A stretch of DNA of 64,000 nt from Trichoplax adhaerens (GCF_000150275.1 NW_002060950.1:2966596-3030595), one strand, 5' to 3'; counted from the stretch's first letter, positions 37,738-51,600 are shown. Notes: a model not told the origin generated them from the letters alone. Program-made: numbers and translations.

Positions 37738-40700
37738 ATGGGTAATGTACTTTGCTGCTTACCCTGTATTGGAAAGAAGACATTCTCAAGATTTCCTCTT
37801 TTGGCTGGGCGTAGAGACCCACAATACTATGGAGGAAATAACTTTGACGGTTATCTACCGATAGCAACCAATGTGATTGAAGATATAGTCGATACGACAA
37901 GATCAAATGAAGTATGGAATAGTGACAAAAATAATGTACAACAGGAATCCATACCCTACCGATATGACCATGAATATCTGTCCTCTTCTGAAGTTCGAAT
38001 TCAATCGCAAGAGCAAGGAACGCAGGTAAAAAACAGTTTAAAAATGGTCTATAATAGGAACTTTAAGCATAATAACGACTGCAAGTTCGTAGATCATGAA
38101 AGAGTAGGCTGTATTGCTGAAAAACGAAACCTTACGCCGAACGAATAATAATTTAGCTAAACCCTTCAAACTACCGACTATCCAATTTTTCTCAAATTAC
38201 TTCAGCTAAATTGAGCGAAGACTGCTTTAAGGGGGGGGGGGAAGTGGAAGATATCCCGATGCCTTCATGGAATTCTTTATAGTAGGTCGCAATGATATCG
38301 TACAGGAGACGATGCAGTAAGTCCAGGTACAGTTGTAGGCTACAGTACAGCACACGAAGGCCGATTACAAGTGTATAGTACAGAATACAGGCTACATTAC
38401 TAGAAAGTATAGTTTTAGATTTACGGTACGCCGACTACCGGAGATATCCTTCTACGGGTATATAACATATATATATATATATAAATACTACTATACAAGA
38501 TTTTCAACGGAATACAATTTTGATTTTTGAACGAAGGGGAGACATCGAAAATAATCAGATTGTACAATGATTCTGCAATTACAGTTTATAGTACTATAGC
38601 CTCCACTTCACCTTGTTAAAACAGTCTAGGCTAGATATTAAACAAAGTTTCAACATTTTCAGAACAATTATTATTATATATTATGGAATAATTTAAAACA
38701 AAGTTTCAACATTTTCGTGATAATTATTATTATAATGATATAATATTATTATAAATTATCATTAAACATCCAAAAAAAAATCACTGCCGATATAATATTA
38801 TTATAAATTATCTTTGAACATCCAAAAACAATCATTGTCGGTAGTTTGAAGAGTTGAGCTACAGAATTAGTAGCTCAACGTAAAGTTTTGTATTTCACCA
38901 ACATACCCTAAATTGAAGAAGATGACATTTTAAAACAGCTGCAAAATACTTCAGCTTTTGTGCTTTTTGATCTATTTTAGAGAAATTATGTTCAAGCAGT
39001 GCCGGTAGCCATTGAACAACAAAATAGTCACAATGCTCAATCTACGTCCTCGTATTCTAAAGATGAAATTCAATCTGAAGGCCATAAAATTAATGGAAGA
39101 CCAGATTCCAAATTGCAATCATCAATTCGGTCGGAAAAATTAGTAGATAGGGCTATTTCAGTATCTAAAAGTCTGGATGATGATAGCAATACGACAACTC
39201 AAGAATCGAATAATATCACTCAAGTTTCACAGCTTGGCTCCTCGTCAGAGATTGTCCAGACGATGGGAGAGAGTGAAAAAGATCTACTTAAAAGCTCAAA
39301 TGAAGTTACTTATTTGCATCCTCCTGCTCCCAAAGCCTTTATTGAAGGAGAATTTACAGAAAAAGGCGACGATTGCGATACGAAGCCGTCAATATCACTC
39401 ACTTTTACCTTAGACGACTTTGGCAAAGGTTTGAAATCAAAATCAAATGGGGTTCATGAAAATGTTATCCAAGATTTAGGATTATCAACGATTAGCTTGG
39501 ATAATACCATCAAGGATCAGAAACCAAATTCCGATAGACTTTCTAATTTAGATAGGCCTGTCTCTGAAACTGAAATTACATCGAATTTACCAGATCATGG
39601 TAGTAGAAGAGATATCATAAAATTGAGATCATCATTTTTTGACGTTGAAGATACTGTCAGAGATCCAAAACTCATAACCAAAGAAGATATTAAAAGTACT
39701 AAACTCAAATTGGCAGCTACGTTGTCAAGAGAAAGCTTAAAGCGTGAAATAGAAAATAGAGACGACATAAAATTAGGATCGTCATCATCTACTGGTCTAG
39801 ACGACACTATCAGAGATCCGAAATTGATCGCCAATGAAGATTCTGAAGGCAACAAACTCAAATTGGTAGCTCCTTTATCAAAAAAAACCTTGAAGCATGA
39901 AGTAGTAAATCAGGATACAGCTGAAGAACGGAATGACTTGACGTATATTTCCCAGCCGGCAAATAAAAAGCAGAAAGGAAAGACCGATGATAATAAACCA
40001 TCATTTTCTGACAAAGAAAGTTTAACATATTGTTCCAAGGAAAATATTCAGACAACGAACAGCAAACAAGAAATGGCACCAAAAAGAAAGCCTAATGACA
40101 TTCATAAACTGCAACCAATATCTCCAGTCTCTAGCCAGGATATCATGGATTTGAAAGGTTTATACCCTCTGAAAAGCCATAATTTCCAAAATGTAGAGGC
40201 CGAAGTGAATGATTCTCTCTCACCAATAGATTTCTCAGTGACCAAATTGAAAAGTAGACCTGTTAAAAGCGATGAGGATGTTAGAATGGAGTTATTATTC
40301 AAAGACTCATTGCATAAAACCACCAGAGCATTTGAAGAAGAATTATTACAGAAAATTTACAACGAAATGTCTGATGAAAGCCAAATATACAATGATCAAA
40401 ATCTTCAAGATTGTGGTCAGATCATTGAAAATGACCATCTATCGACCCAGAAACAGCCCCAAAGTAAATGTAATACTGACAATACTCTTGAAGACCAAAA
40501 AACTATTCCAACTCCAGCTAGGATATTACTCATTAAACAGCTTAATTCGGAAGAGAACGTAGCCAAGATTATCAATAATCCCCAAATGGATATTAGCGAC
40601 TTTGAGCGTACACTCGTTTCATGCATAAGCTGGACACGAGGCCGTCAAAAAGTTACTGTAAATATTCAATACAACCAAGATGGCATCTCGCTCTCATTAT

Positions 40701-43700
40701 CCAGTTTTCTTCGCCTATACCCACAGATTGTTCAGGACACGAATACTAAATTAAGAAATAAAAAAGTTATGGCAGGTGTACATCGTGATAGGGAGAAGAT
40801 CTCGGTTATTGCTGTCAATAAGGAAGAATATGACAAAGTCATCGACATTCTTAATACTGACATCCAAATTGACATTTATCAAATATCTTATAGCCAAGAT
40901 TTACTGAAAAATTGGATCTCGTTTTGCAACATATTAACCAATGAATTAGCTTCTCAACTTGAGGTTTTTATTCAATGTTGGTTAAATACACTAGAGAAAA
41001 CAGCTACTGCTAAAATTGTTGGCAGCAGTGAGGCATTCGAATATGTCATGCTCAAAGTCAAGAAACATCTTGACAAGTATAAAACCAATGTTTCAAATTC
41101 ATTCGATGGCGAAAATTATAATGAATTTTTAATCCAAAAATTACCTTCCGCAAAAGTTCATTACTTGAAGGAACATTGTAAAAAAGAATTTTTATCGCTT
41201 GAGGAGCAGTATCATTGTCAGTTGCTGTATCGGCCGATGGAGACAAATGGGAATAAAGATGATCATCAATTAATCCTGAAATACCCTAATGAGCATATAA
41301 CTACTGAGATTAAGGAAATTAGTGAGACAATCTCTTCCATTCCAATAATTACCGAAACACTTTCTAGCGATAGTAGTCAATTATCACGAATAACGCGGTA
41401 TATTAGCCAAAACCAAGGAAAACTAAAGAAAGTGATAGGAAATTTGCGGTATTCTCTGATTGTTTCAGATGCTAAAAGGGATCTTGTGAGGTAGTTATAC
41501 CTACGTTATTAAAAGTTTTCAGAAAATTGAAAACGAGAATGAAGTTGTCATTAATACTGACCAATTCAATATTCATTTCTTTTCAAGATTCACAAGAGAG
41601 AAAACTATCAATGTGCCAGTTAGAAATTCAAAGAATAAAAAAAGAAAATGTAAAAAATCTCAATCAATAAGTGAAGAATCGGATATAATTTATATCAACC
41701 AGGCTGGCTTATGTATAAAACTTATAAGAGGAAAGATTGAAAAGGAAGGTAGACAGGTAAGTTAAGAATAATGTTCGGATATCATAAATTACCCTCTAGG
41801 ATTGTAAATGATGGGTAAAACTGGCGATTTATTGAAAATTATCTTGCATTTATTCTTCTTAGACTGATGCCATTATTAACTTTGTTGATGTGAAAAATCC
41901 TCAAGCTGGAGCAATCGCACAGGCAATATTCAATGCTGATGGCCCAGAATACCAGTTAGAGTGTAGCAATTTTCTTAAAGATCTATCGAAAGATTCATTT
42001 CGCCGTACTGAGGGATATCGTTTTGGATGTAAAAATATCTATCATATTCCGTTTTTAAGTTCCTCTAGAACATTAACGGTAAACTAGTTAATGAATTACT
42101 TCTCTTATCAGGAAACTTCGTTCAATCGCACTAATTTATACCCTAGTTTTTATTGGACTTTTATTTTATTTAGTGGCTAGGAAATATGATCTACCAATGC
42201 CTAGAAGATGCAAATAAGGAATCGTTAAAAGCCATTTCTATACCTAGCTTGGGAGCTGGTGGTGTGGGATGGTCTGCAGATACAGTGGCTAAGGAAATGA
42301 TCGATAGCGCAATTCAATTTGCCAAAAATAATAATGGCAGACACTTAAATGTAGTTCGTTTTATTATATTTGAAGAGGATACGCCGACCTATTATAGTTA
42401 CAATAGAATATTTAAAAGGATCGCTAAAAATTTAGAAATTGGATTAAGTTTGCCTGCCTTAACTAGTGGTGATGATATAGGATTGGTAGAGCGGCTAACG
42501 AAAGTAACCACTCCTGTTAAAAAAGCGAAACAAGATCAGCTCAAAGTTCTCTTTTCTGTCATTTCTACAAATATCCATCATTTTCTATTAAATTTCTGTC
42601 ATGGCAGTATTAATGATGCTCAAACATCTGCTATTCTAAATCCAACAGCAGTTTGTTCTTGCCATTTACAGCAAGGAAAGTTAGCAGAGCGATTAGATTC
42701 ATATCCTCGATGCTACTCGGAATCGACTTTAAATACAAACAAAAAAATGGCAGCAAGTGGCAAGACTATTTATACTTTTTGCCCATATGGTATGATAGAC
42801 GATTTTCGATCATTGCTTGATTCTATCCACCAAAACGACGATCGTTCCCTCACCTATCCATTAGCAAGTACAGAAAGTAGCGAAAAGGATATTTATAAAT
42901 TATTAACTGCTATTACTGGCTTTCTTAATGATCACTCAACGGCCAAAATTTCACTGACACGTCTTGATTTTATAACGGGTAATGAAGAACTGGCGCATGA
43001 AATTGCTTGCTGGGCACAAAGACTGATTGCGCAAAAATCTGATCATGATACTTCATTGTTAACTCAATGGAAGATTACGCAATTCAATCTTTATGATGAA
43101 TATGGTAAGAAAATTACGATTATTGCTGACAGTGACGATACGATAGTGCAAGTTAAAAAAAAGTTAGTGGATAATGCATCATATTGGACATGCGAAGAAA
43201 TCACTGAACAAGATGTTGTTACAGCTACTCAAGATCCAGCATGGTTGACATTAATGAATGAATTATGGTGTCAGTTTGGTACAATAATAGTTGACAACAG
43301 TGATGATGGGAAAATTATGATTTATGGCAATAAAGATGATGTATTTCAAGTTAAGGATAGAATTCATCAGTTCGCACAAGAGAAGGATTGCCAATCTATC
43401 GTGGAAGATATGATAAATGAAATGCTAAAAAAAACTCAATGGAATGTTGCAGTGGATAAAGCAAAGCACGATTTCTCACCTGAGATGAACCGTGAAATCG
43501 AAAGAGGTTATAAAACTTATGTCAAAAATAGTAGCAAATCATCCTGTGAAATTGATGGTAAGATCATCGAATATTCCAGCATGTTAATCCAACTGGATAA
43601 ATTATTGTTTACAATAGCCCGAAAATCATTCAGTGAAGGTAAAGTATACTATGTATATATATATAACATATACTAATCTCTGTTTCAACCTTAATATAAA

Positions 43701-45616
43701 TTTAGGTGCGATCTTAGTTCTGCTACGAAATTTTTACAAATTCGAATATTATGCTTAATCTATGGTCGATAAGAGTTGAGAAATAGAATAGTAGGATTAT
43801 TATCTTAATTATTTTTTTATAAATTGATCTGCTAAAGAAGGCACTACTTATCATATACTACTGCGTAATGCATCTATTTTTGTCGAATTTGTAGATGACT
43901 TTTCATGCCTAATTAAAAATATGTCACCTATCACATTCTATTACACACTTTTGAGTAATGTATTTATTTTTGTCTAATTTGTAGATAACTTATCGTACCA
44001 GTTAAAAATATATCGCCAATCACATTCGATTGGGTTATGATATATTAGCTACCATGCTCTGTCGTATTACACTAAGTTTTGCATACGGTACATTTCTGTA
44101 TAATTTGTGGACAAATTACGTAGTTAAGATACATCGCATAAAATATCGAATTATATTGAGTAATGCATTTATTTCCGGCTAATTGGTATACAGTTTACTA
44201 AGTTAGAAATGCATCGCCTATCTTATAACATCAAGTAATTTCTATAATACATTTCTGTCTAACTCGTGAATAGCTGACCTAGTTAAAATACATCGAGTAC
44301 GTTATCAAGTTGCAAAAAAATGGTTACATTCATTCTTTATCTAGTTTGTAGACAACTTACCTAGTTAAAATGCATCGCATACTATATCATATTACATTGA
44401 GTAATACATATACATTTCTTTCTAATATTTTGTAGACAGCTTGCCGTAACTTGTTAAAAAAATTGCGTATCATGTTATATTGTATAGGGTTTATAATATT
44501 ACATTTAGTATTGCTCGTATTTCTGTCTAATTTGTAGATAATGTACTTACTCAAATATATCGTCTACATTGTAATATCACATTGAGTAATATGCACATTT
44601 CCATCTAATTTGTGGATAACTTAGCTAATTAAAATGCAACACCGGCGGTATCATTATATTGAGTAAGGCATACGTTTACGTTTAATTTGTGGATAACTTA
44701 CCGTACCTAGTTAAAAATGCACTACCTACGTCAACATGTTATATTGAACCATGTATAGATTTCTGTCTGATTTGTAGTCAGTTTACTTAATTAATTTAAA
44801 ATTTATCTTCCATGCTACTTTATTAAGTAATATACATATGTTTCCCTTTAATTTGTAGACCATTTACCCAGTAAGCAATATTGGACACTTTCCGAAAAAG
44901 AGGTTCAAGATTCAAGTCAATATCTCCTTGTTGATGTTTGGAAAGGGGGCAGAATATAATGAAATTGTGGAACTTGTACGATCGCAAGGTGCGCGTCTGC
45001 GAAGGTTGCAAAGAATTCAAAATATGAACCTCTATCAACGCTATCTATTGCGCAAAACAGAAGTGGCTGAATTAGTGCAACGGTTTAGTCCAAATAGCCC
45101 AGTTGAGAGAAGACTATATCATCGAATTGATCAATCAAGTATATCTCGTATTTGCAAGTCAGGATTTGACAGAGATTACGCTACAGCAACTGCAGGTAAG
45201 ATATCGTAGTTATCATTTATTCTGAATAAACTTAATTTATTGCTAGATACTTCTATCCAATTTTAAGCTAGATATTTTAAGCTTGATAGTGATTCATTAA
45301 ATTCAAATTTCTAACTTTCATTTTAAATATGCATGCACTAGAAACGAATTACGGTAAAGGAACTCCTTTTGAAACCAGCCTTCTTACTGCCAGCAAAGGT
45401 TGTAATATCGTGTTTATGGTTGGAGTATTAACGGGCATATATACGCTAAATCCGGGGAAAGGAGGGGCTATTTTGGAATTTATACCCGGCAGCTCTAACG
45501 AAAGATTCCATTCTACTGTTAATGATTTAAAAAATCCTACAACTTTTGTTACTTTTAATGATAATGCTGCTTATCCAGAATACATTTTACATTTAGAACC
45601 AACAAATTCTACTTAA
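37738..45616 (+). CDS. Macro-PARP paralog 4: RRM-less, N-terminal acylation motif, predicted catalytically inactive ART domain; +1 frameshift or alternative acceptor at the first ART exon
   Basis: Exons 37738-38025 (aaaaATGG, MGNVLCCLPC), 38981-41490, 41588-41756, 41863-42078, 42174-43638, 44859 (or 44872)-45195, 45342-45616. Same 216-nt macro exon and downstream intron positions as the other copies. ART motifs read ERRLYHRID, YGKGTPFE and PTTFVTFNDNAAYPEY. Confidence 0.85.
39609..39915 (+). repeat. Coding tandem repeat, 2 x 150 bp (50 aa), plus a weaker earlier partial copy
   Basis: DIIKLRSS..DTVRDPKLITKED..KLKLAATLS / DDIKLGSS..DTIRDPKLIANED..KLKLVAPLS. Confidence 0.85.
43860..44880 (+). 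repeat. Intronic minisatellite (~12 degenerate units of ~70-100 bp) ending at the ART exon acceptor of paralog 4
   Basis: Unit consensus approx gagtaat..catttctgtctaatttgtagacaacttacctagttaaaat; the last unit overlaps the real acceptor aatttgtag|accatttacccagt. Confidence 0.85.
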
Positions 45617-48600
45617 ATCGTCGATACAATGATAAATTCTGAATAAAATATTTTTATTTAGCCTACTAGATCTGTATTATAGAAGGGAGTATCATGATTT
45701 GTTGAATGTCATATGGTACTCCATAATCCTTTATGCTTTATTGTACTGTAAGCATAATTTACTGAAACAGTAGTAGATAGACTTATTCATTTTGTTCCGA
45801 ATCAACTTAATTTATGAATAATGTCAGAAAGTTATTCTTGTAAAGCAAACTCATTCCTGATTTAAAGTTTAGAATAGAAGGATGTTGTACAGACTTTCTC
45901 CTTACGATAGTTTTGAGGAGGATAAATTTATAGTAAATGCCATTAATCTGTTAAATAAAGCTTTCTATTAATGTTAGATATGTTGTTTTTGTAAAGCTTA
46001 GAAAGCATTTATGATAATAAAGGAATTTATTAAAACTTCTAATTGCACCAATGCGAAATGCTAATTTATGTACTTTTATTCGTCTCCATCATATATAAGT
46101 ACAGTTTGGCATACCTTTGTGAAGGAAATTCTGTAATAAATCATAAACTAGAAAGTTGTAAGGCTTAAGATATGAACAATATGCATAATTCTTGATAAAA
46201 TGAACAAATTTGTAAAGTTACACTGAAATATCAATATTTGAATCTGTAAAAGAGAAGATTTGCATAAATTAATCGGTTTATGTAAGGACGTGCAAGAGAG
46301 AATAACCAAATAAAATTGCTACTTCTGCGAGTTATAACAGCAGCCAGCATACAGCTTACTGTCAAGAGGTTAAGTATTATGTTAAAGAAATTTAGAAAAA
46401 CTGCTTTACGACTGATGTTGTTTCTTGTCTATATATTTTCTTTTATAGGATAAAATCAAATTTAAGTCATATTTTATTCATCTTAAGTTTCTAAGACAAG
46501 AATACGTTGTTTGATGCATGAAACGTTTGAGTTTCAAATACGTTTTAAAGCAGATGTTATGAACTATTGCTATACTTTCAGTTTTGACTAATTTTACTGA
46601 ACAAGAGGATTCTTGTGATACTAGTATGACATAAGATTGGTAAAGTGCTTATCTTAATTTCTGCTATGAGATACCTTAGTTATTGATTACATACGGTGTG
46701 TTTACTAGTTTTCAAACATTTAAATGGCAAAGTATATGGTAATTATTGCTACGTGCTTTGATTGCTCTTACACGGACAATTGTAGCTATATGTTGGTATG
46801 AAGAATCGTATTTTTAGGTTAGTTTTAAGCCATAATTTCCCCCTTTTTCTACATTTGAAAACAAAATAAAGATTCTTCACATCTATTGGTTCTGATAGAA
46901 ATTAATTTATAGTAATGGCTTTGAATTATAAAAAACAGAAAGGTCTGAGAGCTAGATCAATCATTTCCTAATGCTTGAACCTCTTTCTGATATACGACAA
47001 CGTCATCAAAAACGATAGTGGCCACCCTATTTCCTAGAGCAAATTTATTGGCTATCATATTAACATAAAAACCTCAAAAACAGATACACTTTTTGAGTTA
47101 TTATTCCATCAATACTATTCAGGCGCTAATGGGTTAATGTTACCGATAATATATGTCCATGCATTGATATATGCTTATTACAGGCTGTATAATATTACAT
47201 TGTTTTATTGTAGGTAGAGTTTTTCTGGATTAACTAGGTCAATATGTAAAAGTTCTGTTCGCTTGACCTGTCTGACATCTATAATAATGTTCCACTAATG
47301 TTCGGTTGCAGCTTGATCAGCTAACTGATCGTTCAAATATTTTTCTAAATATTGCAGTCGACTTTCTTATTTTTATGACAATTCAAGTGCTTAACATGTT
47401 GCAATATTGCTCCAATAGATTAGAGGTAATTTTATTCCTCTTGATAGCTGCTGTAGACAGTGAATAACAGTCGATAATTAAAATAGTTTGCTTTGTCCGA
47501 TCATGATATTAAAATAACTTAGTTAAGATTTGATATTTAATAGTATTATGCTGTCTCAGTAAAATAGCTGATCGACGCGATCGAATCTAGTTTAAAAGTA
47601 AATAGTTCAGCATTACCCCGCATGATTTTACTGTGCTTTAGTTACGACAGCAAAGTTCGTTATTTAGTAGTTGCTTTACACTGTTTTGTATATTCAATTA
47701 TCGGAACGATCAAATTAATACATTTAAATTCAACGATTACTTGTATCCATAAGCGAGGATGAGATGCAATATTTAGGTAGGAATAGTAGCAATTAAGCTT
47801 GCTCCTTGACTGCTGAAAAAATATTGTAAAATATACTCGTTTATTACTCATTTGCGAAATAATATGTCGTAAGGATAAAGTTTAATAATAGGAAAATTAT
47901 TCATATATGACATCAGCAGCATATTCTTCAATCTCTGCTTTCAATCATAAAGCAGTTCAAAGTGAGGCAAAAGTTACTCAAAGGGGATAAAACAAATATA
48001 ATAATAAGCGGTTATTGACTCAAAATTCCTTCTTAACTGTTTGATGATTACTTTCGTAAATTATAATGAGAGTATAGAATACTACAATTGATAATTTTAT
48101 TGTTATTATAATTAATAAAATATTATTGTTGGTGAATTAGATGACTGAGAGTGAAGGAGTAGCTTATTAATTCTATTTTACCATCTCTAGAGAAATGAAA
48201 TTATTTAGACGGCTATTTTGAAGTGAACCTTTTCGCAAGGATTACTATTCTAATTTAATGACTAGGTCAAATTTTTGGCTGAAAACTCATCGTTGCAGCA
48301 ACTGAGCATAACGTCATTCGTATTTCCATTTAGAACTTTAGTAATTCAATTTCAAGTCTTCTATACATATCTATTTTCTGTATTTTATACTTTACTTTGT
48401 ATTTTTGATGTAAAATTTTACGTAAAGATAGTAATTCCAAGGTAATGACTAGTCTAATTTGGGATACAATTTCCTAGAATTTTAGGGTTTATGCTATTTT
48501 TCAGATATTATTATACCTGAATATTGCTGTACGGTTTACTTAAAATAGGCATTGAAGTTTCGTGAATGCTAAAGTCTGGATTGAGTAAACGGGAATATAT

Positions 48601-48687
48601 TTTACATGATTTAATTTATTATGTTCAAGCTTGAATAAAGGGGGTTCAAAAATTTGTAAGTGCAGTTCTGAGTTCTCACTTCAAAGC

Positions 48688-51600
48688 ATGGCTTCAGCAA
48701 GGTAAGCTGGCAATAAAATTGTTATGGCTGATTGTAAGTAAGAAATGATAATGGCTATAGAATTATTTGAGTAAAATATCCAATTTTTAAAATGCAGCTT
48801 TCATTTTATCAAAAGTTTTGAAGTAGAACTAAAATGCTATACTAGCAAACTTTTATTTAAAGTTGTAGTGCATTTAGAATATACTGTTACTATATTCTTA
48901 TATTTAGACATATATCTACAGTCTGTTCGCTCTACATTCAAATATGACTTACTACATTTAGTTATTACAGTCCTCGCTATTTTCTACAATCATCTGCTAT
49001 TCTATAACCTGTTATGGTATATGTTGTATCTAATCCATAATCATATTCTCTGTATATGTTCTAATGCCATAGCTATAAATACTGCCGTTTTCTACCTTAG
49101 ATTTGTCAAGTTGTATTATTAGTCACAGTTAGTATTCACACTTTACTCACGACAACTACCACAATGACCTACCACAATTATCACACTGTACCTAACTTCT
49201 ATCTACAATAAAGTATCCTCTTTTCTTAAGCTCCTTGTGCAATTCTCTGCATGGCAACTAAAACCACATTATCTGACTCTTCGAACCCTCCATCACAACA
49301 GTAATATTATTATTTTCAACTACTACAGTTGTCATGGTCGTTTTGCCTGCTATGCATATCGAATTGTGCTGTCTTGTATATAATACAATGATTACTGTAT
49401 CTTAATTTACCTTCCACACAACAAGCAATAATAAAGTTGAGCTAAAAGTCTGCCCATTCCAGAGGATTTTTAGCAATGTAATTGTATCCTTATGTACGAG
49501 CCACTAGATCCTAAGTAAAGTATCTAGTCATCCATGGCTTATGCCATTCAGTGACTGGAAACAATTATTCTTTAGACATAAATTCACGAAGGACATAGAA
49601 AATTTCTCCATCTTTTACATTATTAATGCTACAATATAAATTGAAAAAAAGTTTGAAGTAAACGTTTTAAGTTACCAATAAATATTTGGAATAGCAGAAA
49701 TAAATTAAAATTTGTTAATTGGCTAAACTTAACAATTTCGGATCAAGTATCTAAGTACTGGCGTGCTTCAAAGATTTGAATTTTAAATTAAAGATAATAT
49801 GGAAAAAATAATTGCAAATGATATCTGACGTCGAAGACATTTAAACTGAATTTTTATTAATTATAATTTAGATCAGAATGGAATGTTATTTATGCCTGCG
49901 GAATACATAAACGAGCTATACGGGTAATATAGGAAGGAAATCCAGTTTGTAATCAAATATTATTGATTAGCAAATTAATCATAAGTTATTATTCTTCTTC
50001 TTGTACTTTAAAATGTTACTTACATAGACTTCTTCCAGACTTTAATATCTTTCAATGGAAAACTGTTATTTATGGTTAAGCATAATCTGAATTTCCCTTA
50101 ATACTGATGTCTTATCTTATTTAGCGAAAATAATGAGAAGTGCTAAACTGTAACAAATGATTTTACACTATTTTACTCATTTCATTACTTGAAATGATCT
50201 AGTAGATTGGTAGATATAGAATTTGACTGTTAGGATAAAATTGAATATAGCTTTCTTGATCCCTCCAATTAGGTATTAGAAGCCTTCATTTTAGCAATTA
50301 GAAACAATTTCCGTATTTTCAGTTATTAATTTTATTATCAAAGTAGCACTAAAATAGCACTGCTGATTTAGGCCGGTCATTTTGCCAAATAGCAGACAAG
50401 ACATATACTAGAGAAGAGTTGGTGTATGTAGACAAGTGTATTTTCCCATAATTCCATAAAATTCGTATGTTTAGACTCATCAGTTACAGTTTATTTCTAC
50501 GAATATCTACAGTAAGTGTTAATTACTTGAGTGGCTTTCGCATTGGCAAAGCTCTGAATAGCTCATACTCTTATATGACGGAAGGTGTTTACCGGAATAA
50601 CGTACTCATGTAATACTGATAGCTATTATAAACTGATCATCACTACTTGACAATAGTAATTTCTGATGACCCTATTGGATAATGTTGTTATATAATTAGA
50701 AAGCTCTCAATCTTCAGAGAATTATTTGTACCTTACTAACTACAAATTTTTTGAACGATACATATCAGCACCTTCATAGGAGCGATATAAACAATGGCTG
50801 ATTTGCTAACAAATTTTAATTTACTCTTGCAGCAATTCGTTCGGACGGTTAATGAAATTAGCCCTGATACAGAAATTTGCATGATTAAATGTACGTGTGA
50901 TAAGAAGCTGTCTTGGCTAATTTCGTAAGTAAAATAATAAGAAATTTCTAAATGTTATGCCACAATATTGAACTTTACTATCTTGTATACGTTTAAACTC
51001 AGTCACAAATATAAAAATATTGGCTAAATAAATATCACCTTTCTTATAATGAAAATATATTGCGATATTTGATCAAATAGTAAGGCATTAGTCGTGTTTT
51101 ATAAAAATGAACTGCTGTATTTATTGCATCTATAGATTTTAGAACATTGTTAGCGCTACGTAACATTTGAATTTTATTTTAATTCCTTTAAATTTCCTAT
51201 TAAATTTAAATGAATCGATAATTGAAAACGTAAAATCCAAATAAATTATATATGCCTGTATGGATCATTGATATTCCATTCATTTGTTATTCGTAACATT
51301 GATTTAGGGAATTGATTGCTTACTCAAAAACAGAGGCTGAAATATTGATGAGTAGGTTAAGAGGTTTAAGAATTGGCAGAATGAGATTAAGAGTATTTTG
51401 GCCTGCTGAAATGGGATATTATAAACGTCGACAATTAAATGCAAAGGTCGATGGTTATATGAATAAATTGAATAGTAGTGAAATAGGCTGTTTTTACATT
51501 AAAGAAATTGAAGATAAGTAAGTTGAATTTAGTCAGTTCTAGTTGAAAAATACGAGCTGCTTTTATTGTTATGCTATTTTGGGTATGGTTTGATTTCATA

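Noticed and set aside
38229-38245. Poly-G run, plus (GA)n at ~12048-12071 and (TA)n at ~20048-20071
   Set aside because: Simple microsatellites with no supporting context for function.
39595-41246. Minus-strand and alternate-frame ORFs overlapping large exons (also 1202-1414, 16113-16711, 53733-53924)
   Set aside because: Shadow ORFs of coding exons with no recognisable motifs; their recurrence in paralogs follows from the sense-strand homology.
48868-49480. Hydrophobic 84-aa ORF in intron 1 of paralog 5
   Set aside because: G-poor low-complexity composition explains the Y/L/I richness; likely a repeat remnant, but I could not match it to another copy.
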